Below, piece by piece: positions 33,391 through 46,245 of a DNA stretch of 64,000 nucleotides. The stretch comes from an uncultured Nitrososphaerales archaeon (lineage in GTDB: Archaea; Thermoproteota; Nitrososphaeria; Nitrososphaerales; Nitrososphaeraceae): NCBI GenBank assembly GCA_963709405.1, contig CAVPXM010000050.1:15311-79310 (forward strand). Direction: 5' to 3'. Numbering within the stretch: position 1 is the stretch's first letter; each line of letters starts with the position of its first letter. The translations under genes and the position numbers were made by a program. The notes below the pieces were generated by a model. It saw nothing but the letters and a program-made list of their open reading frames with translations, searched no databases and had not been told where the DNA came from.

Positions 33391-34131
33391 TTTGAGAACG
33401 CTTCTAGTTCTGTATTATTGTCTCTTAGAACGGTATTCATATCCGTATCTATAGCTCCATCTCACATATTTTATTAATAAGATCTTTTCGGCTTTGTAGA
33501 ATACATGCATTTGATATATGATGCTATTGTATTCATAGTATTACTACTGCAATATGTAGATGTCATCTATAAAAATGCATAAGATGTATTCATGCTGTTC
33601 AAAATTCTTGATAGTAATGCATCTTTCATATCACTCAAATACATACAAATTATTCCAAGTCGATATGTTTTGAGATAAACTTAATTAGTCTAAATTTTAA
33701 GATGACGTACTTTATTAACATGATTTGATTTGATTGAAAAGAAACGAACAGGATATGCTTTTACCACACTGGTTATTAAATTGATTATTACTGCAGCTTA
33801 TATTATTAATATATCAATGAGAATGCCAAATTATATGGCTTAACAGTTGACAAGATAGCAGCAACAAAATATAAAGTGACAATTAATGTATAAAAGATTC
33901 AAAATCTCTATCCAAAACGACGTAGTTATAGCCTACGTCATTATATTTGCAATATCATATTGGCTGCTCCGGATGGAGTTATTCAGCATGGCAAGGACCA
34001 TTTTATCCTCTCATTCTAGAAAATTCCGAATGGTTAGGCATCTTCGATTAATTGTAGAAATCAAAATAATGTACTTGTGATCATGATGTAGAAAATTAAA
34101 CAGATCGATGTTAATGCTAGATATTTAACTT

Positions 34132-34977
34132 GTGTTACTTATTGTTCTATCTATGAGCGAAAATACAAAAATAAATATGATTAAAAGGCTAATGGTTAGA
34201 CACAGTACTATAATAAAGCTTAAGAATTGGAATCCTGACTATACTGCAGAAATTAATCAAGAATATACTCAGGATTTATTAAATGAATTTATGAATCAGA
34301 TGTCTAGTTTGCAATACAAGCTGTTTGCAGACAAAAGTAAAGCACTATTAATAATCCTTCAAGGAATTGATACTTCCGGTAAAGACAGCACAATAAGACA
34401 TGTCATGGGCGCATTCAATCCACAAAGTTGCAAAGTTATTTCCTTTAAGGCCCCAGATTGTGACGAATTATCTCATGACTACTTATGGCGTGCACATAGA
34501 AATATTCCAGCAAAAGGTCAAGTAGGAATATTCAATCGCTCATACTATGAAGATGTAATAGAGGTATCGGTACACAAGATGATATCAAAGAGTACTTGTC
34601 ATAAAAGATATAAACAGATTAATGATTTTGAGAGATATCTAGTTGAAAATGACATCAATATCGTTAAGTTATTCTTACATATAAGTAAAGACGAGCAAAA
34701 AAAGAGACTTCAAGAACGGCTCAACGACCCAACAAAACAGTGGAAATTCTCTGAAAATGATACACTTGAACGCAAACATTGGGATCAGTATATACAAGCA
34801 CACGAAAACGTGCTCAGTGAATGCGGTACTAAATGGGCACCTTGGTATATAATTCCAGCAAATACGAAATGGTTCAGAAATTTCGCTGTAGCGTATATTA
34901 TTGTTAATAATCTTCGAGGTATGAATCTAAGGTTTCCAAAACCGAAGACGAATTTATCAAATATAATAATCGATTGA
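34132..34977 (+). CDS. ppk2: Polyphosphate kinase 2 family phosphotransferase
   Basis: LQGIDTSGKD (Walker A), SFKAP, HDYLWR, FNRSYYEDV, APWYIIPA..KW. Confidence 0.93.
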   Translation: MLLIVLSMSENTKINMIKRLMVRHSTIIKLKNWNPDYTAEINQEYTQDLLNEFMNQMSSLQYKLFADKSKALLIILQGIDTSGKDSTIRHVMGAFNPQSCKVISFKAPDCDELSHDYLWRAHRNIPAKGQVGIFNRSYYEDVIEVSVHKMISKSTCHKRYKQINDFERYLVENDINIVKLFLHISKDEQKKRLQERLNDPTKQWKFSENDTLERKHWDQYIQAHENVLSECGTKWAPWYIIPANTKWFRNFAVAYIIVNNLRGMNLRFPKPKTNLSNIIID

Positions 34978-35246
34978 ATATCCAAATTGCCTGTAATTTG
35001 ATTCAGTTAATACACTTGCTTACGAAATCGACCAAATAAAAAAATGCAATTTCTAATTATTGGTCTCAAGATTAATAGATAGTAAAAATCGACGATTGAA
35101 CTACCAATTTATATCGAAGACCATTTTTTATAGTACATATAAATTATTATTGCAGACTGGTATTGTATAAAATTAAAATGAGGGCAAAGTGACTGGATAT
35201 CCAAATAAAATATCAATACTAATACATGTTTGGAATACTTTGGAAA

Positions 35247-36434
35247 TTATCCATTACGAGTATTATTGAGCTTTTGCTTGACACTATCCAACATACCTTG
35301 TGTAAAATCATTTATGCTATCAACCAATCCATCATTGAATTTACTGTTGGCTTGTGCTAGAATAAAGGGAGTATCTGAATTATGGCCATCCCGTACTTTG
35401 AAAACAGTAGTATATAGTTTATAGGGATATCCAGTTGCAACTGCACCTACTTTTACTTTATAATCGGCAGTTGACTTACCGGTTTCTGGTATCTTCCAAG
35501 AGTACGAAAGCTCCCCAGTATTATCAGTAACTCCTTCAAATTCCTTCTTGACTGAGTCATAAGTATCAGTGATCTGACCAGTGACCTTCGCACCCACGAT
35601 TCTTGCATTTGTATCGGAATCATATAGTGTGACTATAATAGTTTGTTCATGTCCCCGTATAACTGGATCCCGGTCGATATTAAAAGAAACAAATAATGAT
35701 TTTGAATTTGGATTATTAATATCTGCATTTGTATGCAAAATTGATTTATGATCTATATCATTGTCTTCTGTTTCTGATTCAGGAATAGATCGTTTGGGTT
35801 CATTTGTTGCGGCTGTGCTAGTTGTGGATGATTGTGTTGTCCTGTTTACCACCTTTGTCGGTTCTAATTTCAGCAATCCCTGGTCAAAAGATTGAGAATT
35901 ATTTGATGTGCCAATCACTTCAACACTATTAAATTTTGTAAGATCTGTTCCAAATTCATCCGAACAAGATATTTTAGAGGTTATCTTATTCATTCCTTTA
36001 TTAATAATACTATAATGAGGCGTAAATGAATAACTCCATTTAGAAAAATCGCCAGTGTCACCTTGCCCATTCGGAATCACATGTTGATACGGTTTGATCC
36101 CATTTAAGATAACCGAAACATCGCATTTAGTAGTCATAGTATCAGAAGAGGTTCCAAAAATCTCGAGTTCTCCAGCTGAAACTTGCTGTCCCTTACTGAG
36201 AGAAGTGATCTTTACGCTAGGTAGTTTTTCTTTAGCTATAATATGAGATGGTGCTAATTCTCGATCCCGTATATCTACGATGCTACCATTTGTTATCGTA
36301 CTCAATGTTTGTGCAAATACAGGATCTAGAATGAGGATAAAATGATAACTACCTACTGCTATGCTAAAACAAAATATCGTAATTATTAAAGTAAGTATTA
36401 CATATTTAAAATTGTCGTGAATCATATTTTTCAT
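35247..36434 (-). CDS. Secreted multi-domain (Ig-like) protein, paralog of 57348-58409
   Basis: Signal/TM; VKITS...GTSSD...C.VSVILNGIKPYQ...KITSKISC. Confidence 0.75.
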   Translation of the reverse strand: MKNMIHDNFKYVILTLIITIFCFSIAVGSYHFILILDPVFAQTLSTITNGSIVDIRDRELAPSHIIAKEKLPSVKITSLSKGQQVSAGELEIFGTSSDTMTTKCDVSVILNGIKPYQHVIPNGQGDTGDFSKWSYSFTPHYSIINKGMNKITSKISCSDEFGTDLTKFNSVEVIGTSNNSQSFDQGLLKLEPTKVVNRTTQSSTTSTAATNEPKRSIPESETEDNDIDHKSILHTNADINNPNSKSLFVSFNIDRDPVIRGHEQTIIVTLYDSDTNARIVGAKVTGQITDTYDSVKKEFEGVTDNTGELSYSWKIPETGKSTADYKVKVGAVATGYPYKLYTTVFKVRDGHNSDTPFILAQANSKFNDGLVDSINDFTQGMLDSVKQKLNNTRNG

Positions 36435-36975
36435 ATCATGATCAATATATCATATCACATATTCGAATAACAGAAAAATATCTGTTTCTTTTTGTTCAGC
36501 ATTTAAAATAATCCCAGTGACATCTGCATCAATCAATAATATGATAATCGTCGTGCAGTTATTTATGTTAATGTAAATGTTCACCATAATGAATTGAGAA
36601 TCATCAATGGCTTATTATCATCTACAAAACACTTGCTATGAATCTTTTTTGCATTTATCTTGTATTTATGAAGACATTTGGTCATTGATTTAACTCTTAT
36701 CGAACTTTCGGTTATGTCTCTCCTTTATTGAACACATTCTTGTGTGAATTTAACGTCCTATATTTGACAAGGATTGCCATAACTTACGGATCATGATAAA
36801 TAGATCTTCAGGCCATCAAAATGTGATTTACTCAGTATCTTGATACTAATTTGTAAAGATCCTGTGCCACTTGATATGTACCAAACTCTTCAAAATATTA
36901 GTCTCAATTCTCCATAAAGGGGTTGTAAGTCCACTGATAAAATTTTTCTGAACGTTTTATTTAATAATGAAATAA

Positions 36976-38241
36976 TTGCTAACTGTATCAGATACGATGT
37001 GGGCTAGAGAATATAGACCAAAGAAAGTAGAAGACATGATAGGTAATGAGGATGCCAGATTAGCTGTAGTAAAATGGCTTACACATTGGATTAATGGAAG
37101 TAAGCCTTTGCTTTTGATTGGTCCTCCTGGAACTGGAAAAACATCACTAGTACATGCATTAGCTCAACAATTTAATTATGATTTGATAGAAATGAATGCA
37201 AGTGATACGAGAGCCAAGGATGATCTAGAGAGGAGAATTATCCCGATACTTAACAACACTAGCATACTCAGAAAATCTATGTTACTTTTTTTGGATGAGA
37301 TTGACGGGATATCAAGTAGACAAGACACAGGTGGATTAGAATATTTAACAAAAATACTGAAGGAGCCAACTATACCTGTAATTATTGCAGCTAACTCTAA
37401 GAATAGCAAGATTAAAGATCTAGCGAAAGTATGTAGGGCGATAGAATTCAAGATTATTCCTCCTAGACTACTTCTGGTGTTTTTGGAATATATTTTAAGA
37501 GTTGAGAATAAGAAATTGAGTTTGGAAGAAAAAATTTCAATAGTATCAAATAGTCATGGGGACATTAGATCATTATTAAATATTGCACAATCAAAACTCG
37601 CTGGATATAATGCGACCCGGGAAGATACTGCTGAAATTGACATCGCAAACGCAATAAATGGTTATTTTTCCTCAGATTCAATTGAAAAGGGCAAATCATT
37701 CTTATCACATACTAATGGAACGTATGCTGATCCCAGATTCGGTATGTCAACAGAAGAAAGAAGAAAGGATATAATAAACGCATTTTTTTCAAGCATAGTC
37801 TCTTCGTCTAGGCGAGTTGACAATAAGAGTATGGCTGCACTCCTTGATGTTCTCTCTCAAGCTGACATGATAGTTGGAAGGGCCGGACGAAATAGACAAT
37901 GGAGTCTTCTCAAATATCTTAACGATATAATATCCTACGGCTTATACGAAAACTCACACAATAAGGGAATAAAGTATAATCAATATGGAATGATATGGCC
38001 AGTAATGGGACCTATTCTTGCGAGAGGTCAATCAATGAAAAACGTTCTTTCCAGTTTGGCTCAAAAGGCTCATACGTCAAGGAGTACATTTGGTGCAGCA
38101 TATCTGCCTTATCTAATTAAGATCATGATAGATAATAAAGTAGATCCGATTGAATTTGCACTAATGTCAAATGTTGATGAAAAAGTAGGAGAAGCACTGG
38201 CAAAAGAGATAGGACGGACGCCTATCAAGAATAGTAGATGA
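36976..38241 (+). CDS. rfcL: Replication factor C large subunit
   Basis: WAREYRP, GPPGTGKT, IEMNASD, LDEID, GDIRS. Confidence 0.9.
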   Translation: MLTVSDTMWAREYRPKKVEDMIGNEDARLAVVKWLTHWINGSKPLLLIGPPGTGKTSLVHALAQQFNYDLIEMNASDTRAKDDLERRIIPILNNTSILRKSMLLFLDEIDGISSRQDTGGLEYLTKILKEPTIPVIIAANSKNSKIKDLAKVCRAIEFKIIPPRLLLVFLEYILRVENKKLSLEEKISIVSNSHGDIRSLLNIAQSKLAGYNATREDTAEIDIANAINGYFSSDSIEKGKSFLSHTNGTYADPRFGMSTEERRKDIINAFFSSIVSSSRRVDNKSMAALLDVLSQADMIVGRAGRNRQWSLLKYLNDIISYGLYENSHNKGIKYNQYGMIWPVMGPILARGQSMKNVLSSLAQKAHTSRSTFGAAYLPYLIKIMIDNKVDPIEFALMSNVDEKVGEALAKEIGRTPIKNSR

Positions 38242-38429
38242 CAAAGATAGTGTGTTCATAAAATGTGAAGTAGATCTTTGAGCCTGTCTCAAAAAAATGC
38301 AAACAGCTTGAAGAATACGTTTACTTTATATGTATGATCTATGATTTTATAAAAAAGAAATATCATTAAACTATTAAAATACTCAAACATCCTTACCCTT
38401 ATATGCTGAATTCTTCGTAATACTCCTAC

Positions 38430-40654
38430 TTGACTACCACCTCTACTACGCCATATCCTCCAACCAAAGACAGGAGTTCAGAAATATTATATGGTGTCGA
38501 AAAAGCTGTGGGTCGTGGAGTTTATTTTATGTCAAATGTGAGAGAGAAGATGGATATTTTTTTTGATAAAAATGCTCCTTCGATTGTGGTAGATGTTGTA
38601 GAATACAAAAATGGTTACAAAGACATCCAAAAGAGAGGAGGAAAGATAAGAGCATTTACAGAAATTACAAAAGATAATGTTCATTATTGTAAGCAATTGA
38701 TAAAACTAGTTGATGAACTCAAACATTTAGAGGGAGTCAAAGGCGGTGTCGCAGTTAGTGAAAGCGAGTATATGGCTACAACACTATTGCAAGAAAGCAC
38801 TCCCCTTATGCAGGTCATTTACAGTAATGTGAAGGAGGTAGTTGAACAAGCTCAATATATTTTTGATACTCTTTGGAAGACAGCAATTCCAGCTGAGCAA
38901 AAAATCAGAGAACTAGAGGAGGGTATTGTTATACATAAAACAAGAATTATAGAGAATGCAGAAGAGAATCATTAGAGAATTCAACCGTTTCTCAGATGTA
39001 TCAAATGAGGTTTTATCTTGCATATCTGCACCTGGAGGTTTGCAATATGTACAGGATTATTTCGTTGAGTCAAACAGGAAATTGATAGAAAAGCAGATGA
39101 AAGGACAACATAAAGGAATAAGATATATTTGTAACATAGATAACAAGTATAATGCAAATCTTGCTCGAAAGTTTCTACAAGATGGCGTAAAGATAAGACA
39201 CACTAGTAATCTTCCACCAATGAGTTTTGGCATAACTAACAAAGAGATAGCAGTAACATTTGAAAGAATAGAAAGGGGAAAACAAGTTCAGATACTGTTA
39301 ATCAGTGATGAACCAATGTATGTAAAGTATTTCTCCAAGGTATTTGAAGAACTATGGACAGATAGTATTGATGCTCAGGGTAGGCTGGATGAGAATCGAC
39401 CAAGGTATTGTAGTCCCCTCTAACATTGAAATAATTAGGAATCCTGGCAAAGCAATTCAACGGATTTTAGAGGAATTTAAAAACGCAGATTTTGAAATTT
39501 TTGGGATAATTCCAACACTTAATTCTTTTCGTCGTCTGGTCCGATCAGGATCTATACAACTATTAGATGAATCGGCTAGAAAGGGATTAAGTATTAGGAT
39601 ATTGATTCCTGGTGATAAGGACACAGTGAATCAAATTCTAGAACAAGAATATGCGAGACAAATGAAAGAAAACCAGTTCTTGAAGAGAAGAACTAATCAA
39701 AGTAAGAGTAATAGTGACTATACTAACAATTTCGATTACAAAATCGAGATCAAGTGTATTGATATAGGTTCACAAACGAGTTTAGGCATTCTAGTAATTG
39801 ATAGAAAATGGTCCTTTATCATAGAGACAAAAGATGATACAAAGGATAATTCCTACGACGCGGCAGGACTTGCAATATATTCAAATAGTAAACATATGGC
39901 ATTATCTTATATTTCAATCCTTGAATTCTTATGGAAACAGATTGAAGTAGCAGAACAACTTAAGTTACATGATAGAATGAAAAATGAGTTTGTTAATATG
40001 GCTGCGCACGAGTTACGAACACCTATTCAACCAATATTGGGCTTGGCAGATATTCTGGGTAGTAAGAAAGGTAATATTGAACAATATCAAGAATTTATAT
40101 CCATTATTAGTAGGAACGCGCGTCGTTTAAAATTTCTTACCGAAGATATTTTGGATGTATCAAGGATTGATGGTAACTCATTAGAACTAAGAAATGATGT
40201 ATTTGATTTGGTCGTTACAATTAATGGTTTATTAGATGATTATAGTAAAGATCGTGAAGGTGTTGCGAATGGGTGTAATATATCATTCAAATGTAGATTC
40301 AAGAATGCTTTTGTTCTTGGAGATAGACAAAGAATTCGCCAAGTTGTCCATAATTTATTGGACAATGCATTAAAATTTACAAAACATGGATCACTTATAG
40401 TATCATTATCAGAGAAGACAAGGAATGTAAATGAATGGAATATCGCTGTAAAGGACGATGGTGAAGGTATTGATTCAGAGATAATGCCGAGGCTATTTAC
40501 GAAATTTGCGACGAAATCAGAGCATGGGATAGGGTTGGGCTTGTATATTTCAAAGAGTATAATAGAGGCGCATGGCGGCAAAATATGGGCCAAGAATAAT
40601 ATCAATGGCAGAGGTGCTACCTTTGCTTTTAGCTTGCCGCAGTTGCCGACCTGA
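38430..40654 (+). CDS. Cytoplasmic sensor histidine kinase with three repeated N-terminal sensor domains (two frameshifts)
   Basis: AAHELRTPIQP (H box), NLLDNA, DDGEG, GIGLGL; upstream domains end FDTLW / FEELW / LEFLW. Confidence 0.9.
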
Positions 40655-40814
40655 CTCTAACTTTTGTCGATCTCATGTCAACTAAGATTGTCTAACACTT
40701 TTCAGTTACATGAATTAATCAATTATAGAGTTCTGGTTAGCAGATTTATCAGGAGAACTAGGTGAGAAGCAATCGCAGATTTGAGAAATGTGAGGCACAA
40801 AAAATTAAATATGG

Positions 40815-41537
40815 CTAGGGCATTTTTGGTCCCGCTAATACTCCTAACTCACCTGTATATGGAATGACTTGTATTAATACTAAATCCACAATTGGTGTAA
40901 TGGGAGCCCTATTTCCGAAGGATCCCATTCTCACAACATGTGGAATTTTCCAATCGGCATTGACTAAGCTGGTACTCCCTATTTGCATATTCTTTAGAAA
41001 ACTCAGTGGGTTGAAAACTGTGGTATTGTTCTGTCCAGTAGGGAGTCCATAGCCAGCAGATGAAGCATTACTGGACCCTTGCACTTCAGCCCCTAATGGA
41101 TTCATAAAGCCGCCCTTACTTTTCGAAGATTCAGCTGCAACAGACATTAATGAGACCAAATCATCGTGACTTAAAGCTATTCTTAATGCTATAACAGAAA
41201 CCGAAGAGGTAGGAGTAGCAAAATTAGAAGTCATCTGTTTGTTACCTGCTAATGTAACAGCGAGTCTATTGTTATCAAGTAGATTTACCCCGGTTACTTT
41301 TATTCCATTTACCGTGCTTATTCCTGCTGTGATTGTAATCGAACTACCATTAAATATACCTGAAGATTTCAAAAAGTCTAATCCCATTAATGGGCTATTA
41401 CTATTGCTTCCAATTCCATTATCAGAAGGTACGAGGGGGTTATCTTGTGACGGTAGTGATTGCTGTTGTTCATTCTGTGCGTAAGTAATAGGAGCATAAC
41501 GAGATGACGCTGAGATAAGCAGGACGGTAGAGATCAA
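40815..41537 (-). CDS. Secreted hypothetical protein
   Basis: Hydrophobic N-terminus ending TYA-Q; 240-aa ORF. Confidence 0.65.
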   Translation of the reverse strand: MISTVLLISASSRYAPITYAQNEQQQSLPSQDNPLVPSDNGIGSNSNSPLMGLDFLKSSGIFNGSSITITAGISTVNGIKVTGVNLLDNNRLAVTLAGNKQMTSNFATPTSSVSVIALRIALSHDDLVSLMSVAAESSKSKGGFMNPLGAEVQGSSNASSAGYGLPTGQNNTTVFNPLSFLKNMQIGSTSLVNADWKIPHVVRMGSFGNRAPITPIVDLVLIQVIPYTGELGVLAGPKMP

Positions 41538-42379
41538 AATTACTAATACTACAGGTTTAGAAGCTGCTGAAGGAAGCTTTGAAAGATACTTATGCGAACC
41601 AGATAATGTTTTTCAAGTATCATAATTAGATGCTTGTACACCTGGTCATAATAATAAACATAGCTTTTGCCAAACATGCTGTAATTGACATGTTCAATCT
41701 GATAGAAAATTTTATTGAAATGTCTTTACTTAATGACACATACAATAGAAACCTTAATTGTGTCCTATAGATTCATTAAAACTCTTAGAAGGCTCATAAT
41801 TGAGTTTCCTAGAAATTCCTTGTTCCTGAAAAATATAATTAAAGAAAGAACTGTTCTTTGTTATCTCACTTGCCAGTATTATCTATTGAATAATGGGTAA
41901 AATAAGAGGTTTTAAATCTACTATGTATTCTCAATCGTAGTGCTTGTAATAATATCAAGGTAATGTCTACAATATTTCTTTAGTTTTTTTTATCTGGGCC
42001 AATGTAGTAATTTTATGCAAAAAGTAGTATCTCAACTTCATAATTGGACTATATTAAACAAGTACGCCTATTCAGTCTTTATATTGAATGATAAATATGA
42101 AACTAGATAAAGTAATAAGGTGATCTACCAAATATCTTTTATTTAACAGTAGAATAAGTTATTGACATATATAAAAAACCTCATCAGGATTCAAACCCTG
42201 CCAAAAGAGGCCGTCATCAAACATATCATCTGAAAAATGACATAAAGATAAAGCAACGCTCTTTATTAGGTATTCAATCTAGAAAAGCCATTTGGATGGC
42301 ATTGTAAATATATTAATAAATAATCAGAGATAACCTCTACAAACCCAATATATTGAAGGATGGATAACAAAGTAGGCTA

Positions 42380-43375
42380 ATGAAATTGAAGAAATTTAGT
42401 GTGTATATCAGTAGAAAGCTATTGGATCCTGCAATACCAATGATTTCAAAAGAATGTAATGTTGTGTTAAATGACAAGGGAAGGCCTCCTACCAGAAAAG
42501 AGCTTTTGAATGGAGTACGTGGAAAACATGCAATTCTGTGTACACTACTAGACAATATTGATGCCAAAGTTATTGATACTGCTGGGCCTAGTCTTAAGGT
42601 TATCAGTTCTTACAGTACAGGAATTGATCACATAGATGTGTATGAAGCAACTAAAAGAGGAATTAGTGTAACCTCTACCGGAGATATACTTACAGAAACA
42701 ACCGCCGACCTTACGTTCGCACTAATACTCGCGATAGCAAGACAAATTATACATGGATATGAGACAATCATGCATAAACGTTGGAAATATGGATGGGATT
42801 CATGTCTTATGTTGGGTTCAGATGTTCATGGGAAGGTCATCGGAATTCTCGGATTAGGTAGAATAGGTTCAGCAGTTGCTCGTAGAGCTAAAGGATTTGA
42901 TATGGATATAATTTATCATAATAGACACGGTCGAAACATTCACAATGAAGAGCAAGTTGGTGCCAAATACGTTTCTTTGGATGAACTTGTACAAAAAAGC
43001 GATTTTCTATCTCTGCATTGCCCTTTAAATAGTGAGAATTATCATATAATAAACAGATCAGTTTTCAAACGAATGAAAAGGAGCGCATATTTAATTAATA
43101 CAGCACGTGGGTCTCTTGTTAATGAGACTCAATTGATTGAGGCGTTAAGGAAAAAATGGATAGCAGGTGCAGGTTTAGACGTGTTTGAAAAGGAGCCGCT
43201 TTCTTTTAACAACGAATTATTGAAAATGGAAAATGTGGTATTGTTACCTCATATAGGAAGTGCTACATTTTCAACTAGAACGAAAATGGCAGAGATAGCA
43301 GCGAAAAATTTACTAAACATCTTGAATGGCAGGACCCCCATTTACACTACCAATCTGCAAGTACATCAAAGGTAA
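42380..43375 (+). CDS. gyaR: D-2-hydroxyacid dehydrogenase (glyoxylate reductase / D-glycerate dehydrogenase)
   Basis: GILGLGRIG, LINTARG, AGLDVFEKEP, LPHIGSAT. Confidence 0.9.
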   Translation: MKLKKFSVYISRKLLDPAIPMISKECNVVLNDKGRPPTRKELLNGVRGKHAILCTLLDNIDAKVIDTAGPSLKVISSYSTGIDHIDVYEATKRGISVTSTGDILTETTADLTFALILAIARQIIHGYETIMHKRWKYGWDSCLMLGSDVHGKVIGILGLGRIGSAVARRAKGFDMDIIYHNRHGRNIHNEEQVGAKYVSLDELVQKSDFLSLHCPLNSENYHIINRSVFKRMKRSAYLINTARGSLVNETQLIEALRKKWIAGAGLDVFEKEPLSFNNELLKMENVVLLPHIGSATFSTRTKMAEIAAKNLLNILNGRTPIYTTNLQVHQR

Positions 43376-43597
43376 TGCACAGTACTGGGAAGTATTCGAA
43401 GACCAAATAAGCTGCTCGATCAGCATCATTGAGTATAAGAGCTATTTGAGAAAAAAGGTAGAGGATAGACAAGATCAAGAAAAAAGATGCAAAATAATGC
43501 TGGAAGTTGTATCGATGGTTTGAAATCGGTTAGCCTTATTGATTCGGAAATATCTAGACGTGAATTACATAAAAAATGAAGTAAGAGTTTGTACTTG

Positions 43598-43843
43598 TCA
43601 GTATCCTGATGTTGACGGAGGCAAAGTAGTACTTCCAGAATTAGTTGGATTATTACTACTATTATTGTTATTCGCTCCAAGATTTGTCGAAATGCCTGAA
43701 CCAGTACTATTTGTCTGATTTCCTGCCTGAGATACAGCCGATACTGGATCAGCAAATGTTTCTATCATTGTTGATACGATTACCAATGATGCAACAATTC
43801 CAATAAAGGTCACTGATTTCTTCTTCATAGTCATTTTTAACAA
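43598..43843 (-). CDS. Small secreted Ser/Thr/Asn-rich protein
   Basis: KKK plus hydrophobic signal, low-complexity tail. Confidence 0.55.
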   Translation of the reverse strand: MLKMTMKKKSVTFIGIVASLVIVSTMIETFADPVSAVSQAGNQTNSTGSGISTNLGANNNNSSNNPTNSGSTTLPPSTSGY

Positions 43844-44004
43844 GAAAAATCACATATGATTCTTTCTGATGAGTCAGGATATTATTATCCTCGTACAATG
43901 GCCATACACATATAAACTCTAAATCTGACCCAATTGTTAGTAAGTCAACTTTGTATTCTGAAAATATTTTTAGATTATCAATTCATTAGTATAGTATAGT
44001 GGGA

Positions 44005-44385
44005 TTACAACCTAAGTAAGACAGTACGATAAAGGCCGTAATTCATCTCACCTGAAGTGACAAATGAAATAAGTGTAATAAAGAATAAAGATAAAAGATT
44101 TAGGCAAATCAGCATCGAATACGAATCTTGGATTCGATTAAAAATAACATGATACTTAACCCAGTGAATACCGATTACGATGAAACTGATTATATAAATC
44201 TCAAATTGGTGGATTAATTGGATTAGATTGTTATCAACTTGCTGTTCCGTAAGATTATGAGGCAAATCTGGAATTTGAATTGAAAGTCATAAATGTTATT
44301 GCGAAGGCAAAAACCGTATCTACAAAGGAAGTTATGTGTTCTAATCTTATTTTGTTATGAATGGTACGCATTTTTTCATAAATCA
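44005..44385 (-). pseudogene. TMEM175-family (DUF1211) channel remnant
   Basis: RLEHITSFVDTVFAFAIT, YIISFIVIGIHW..H..F; frameshifted and truncated. Confidence 0.75.
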
Positions 44386-44768
44386 TTAGTTGACGGTAAA
44401 TAAAATAATAATTGTTATATGCAGGTTTTATGATCATGGTACATAATCGTCCCAGTTACACGTGCATTCATCGCATGAATATAATTAATTATTACAATCA
44501 TAACATTTCTTATAATAAACTACGAATTTTGGAGTATTCACGACTTAAGCTGTGGTAACTTCATTTATGTTACTATCTAGTGATTAATAAGAACAGTCGA
44601 TTCTAATTATTATGTCGATCTCTCCTATTTGTTATGGTTGAGCCGGTAAAGTTCGTTTTGATATACTTTTGATATACTGAATCTCGATTTTATGTTCCAC
44701 CCCGCATATAAGTTGGAATTGTATACGTAATAATACAAATATAATATAGTATAAACGAAATATAAGAA

Positions 44769-45530
44769 ATGTACAAGATCCTTCTTACTATATCAATTTT
44801 GACAATAGTCTCTATCGCTTGTCTCTCTTCAATTAATTCATCAAACGCCCAGTCTTCGCAAAATAATCACACTATAATACTATCTAATCGTGATTTTAAT
44901 AGTACATTATCTGCTTCTGGAGCATCCATGATAAAAATAAAACCTGACAAGGTTACACTCTCATTAGGTGTCGAGACTACAAATAAAACTGCAGATGCTG
45001 CATTATCTTCCAATTCAAAGTCAATGAATAAAACCCTTGGGCATTAAAAACAGCAGGAGTCAAAGAAAATGAGACAAGCACATCCTTATTTGATATTTCA
45101 CCAAATTACAACTACTCACAATCAAGTAGAGGAGATCTGACTGGATTTACAGCAAGAAATTCTATCACAATAGAAAGCTTTAACATTAATGCAACATCAA
45201 ATTGGATTCGATACTGCAATAGCCGCAGGAGCCAACAACATTAACAGTATAGATTTTACCCTTTCTGATAAGAAGTTAGAACAAATTAAGAATTCCTTGA
45301 TTGAGCCTGCGATTGATAGCGCCGTAGAGAAAGCTAACATTGCAGCTTCAGCATTAGGATTAAAAATAATTGGAGTGAAATCCATTAAACTTTTAGAATT
45401 TACAGCATCTCCACTACCACAGCAAGTATTTGCTACGAAAGCTATGGCTGCAACTCCTCCAACACCAATCATCGCGGGTGAACAGACGATATCACAAAAT
45501 GTCGACATTGTTTTTATTGTTGGTAAATAA
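44769..45530 (+). CDS. SIMPL (DUF541) domain secreted protein, two frameshifts
   Basis: KPDKVTLSLGVET, AGANNINSIDF, AVEKANIAASALG. Confidence 0.85.
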
Positions 45531-45537
45531 AGACCAT

Positions 45538-45562
45538 TTTTGGTTTGGTTTGGTTTGGTTTG
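45538..45562 (+). repeat. (TTTGG)n microsatellite just after the SIMPL gene
   Basis: ttttggtttggtttggtttggtttg. Confidence 0.7.
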
Positions 45563-46245
45563 ATCTATTATAGGAATGTTCATAGCGACCTATATATTTT
45601 CTAATTATTTGCTTCAATTTAGATGCAAATAAAGCATTCTGTCTTTCTAATTCTTTGCTATACTAGAGGACTTGTTTCTGTTTTTGTGATTCTCATATTC
45701 AATAGCAGTTATCATCATGTTAAGAGTTAGACGAGGAATCAAATTTCAAAAATATTGACCGATTATCAGCTTATTCTTAGTATGTATTCAAAAAAGGATG
45801 TCAAGAAAAGAATGAAATTAAGAACTATTAAAGCAATTATAACATCATATTTTTCTGCCTTATTTAGAAAACTGAGGAAATAAATGAAGCAACAAGAAAT
45901 ATTTTATGGTACGATTAACAATTTAAGGAAGGTGATAATGATAATAATCACAAAAGCTGTATATATTGTTCTTGTTTTTAATATATAATGTTATACCAAT
46001 TAACATAAGTACGGTAACGGCAATCTGAATATGCGTAATTATCTGACCTGGAATGTGTTAGATTACTTATGTTAACTGGTATATGTTGAGCACCTATTAG
46101 TAAAATAAATTTGAATTGACAACCTCAATTTAGATTGAATCTATTCATGAAAGCTATTCAAGCTAATGTTTTCATCGAATTCGATGTTCATCATTACGAT
46201 ATCGTAAAGTAACAAAATTAATAATAATGACCCAAATCTAGCTGA

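Noticed and set aside
44679-44700. gaatctcgattttatgttccac nearly matches 49701-49721 inside IS1595
   Set aside because: Short, needs a gap, AT-rich and has no flanking homology; chance not excluded
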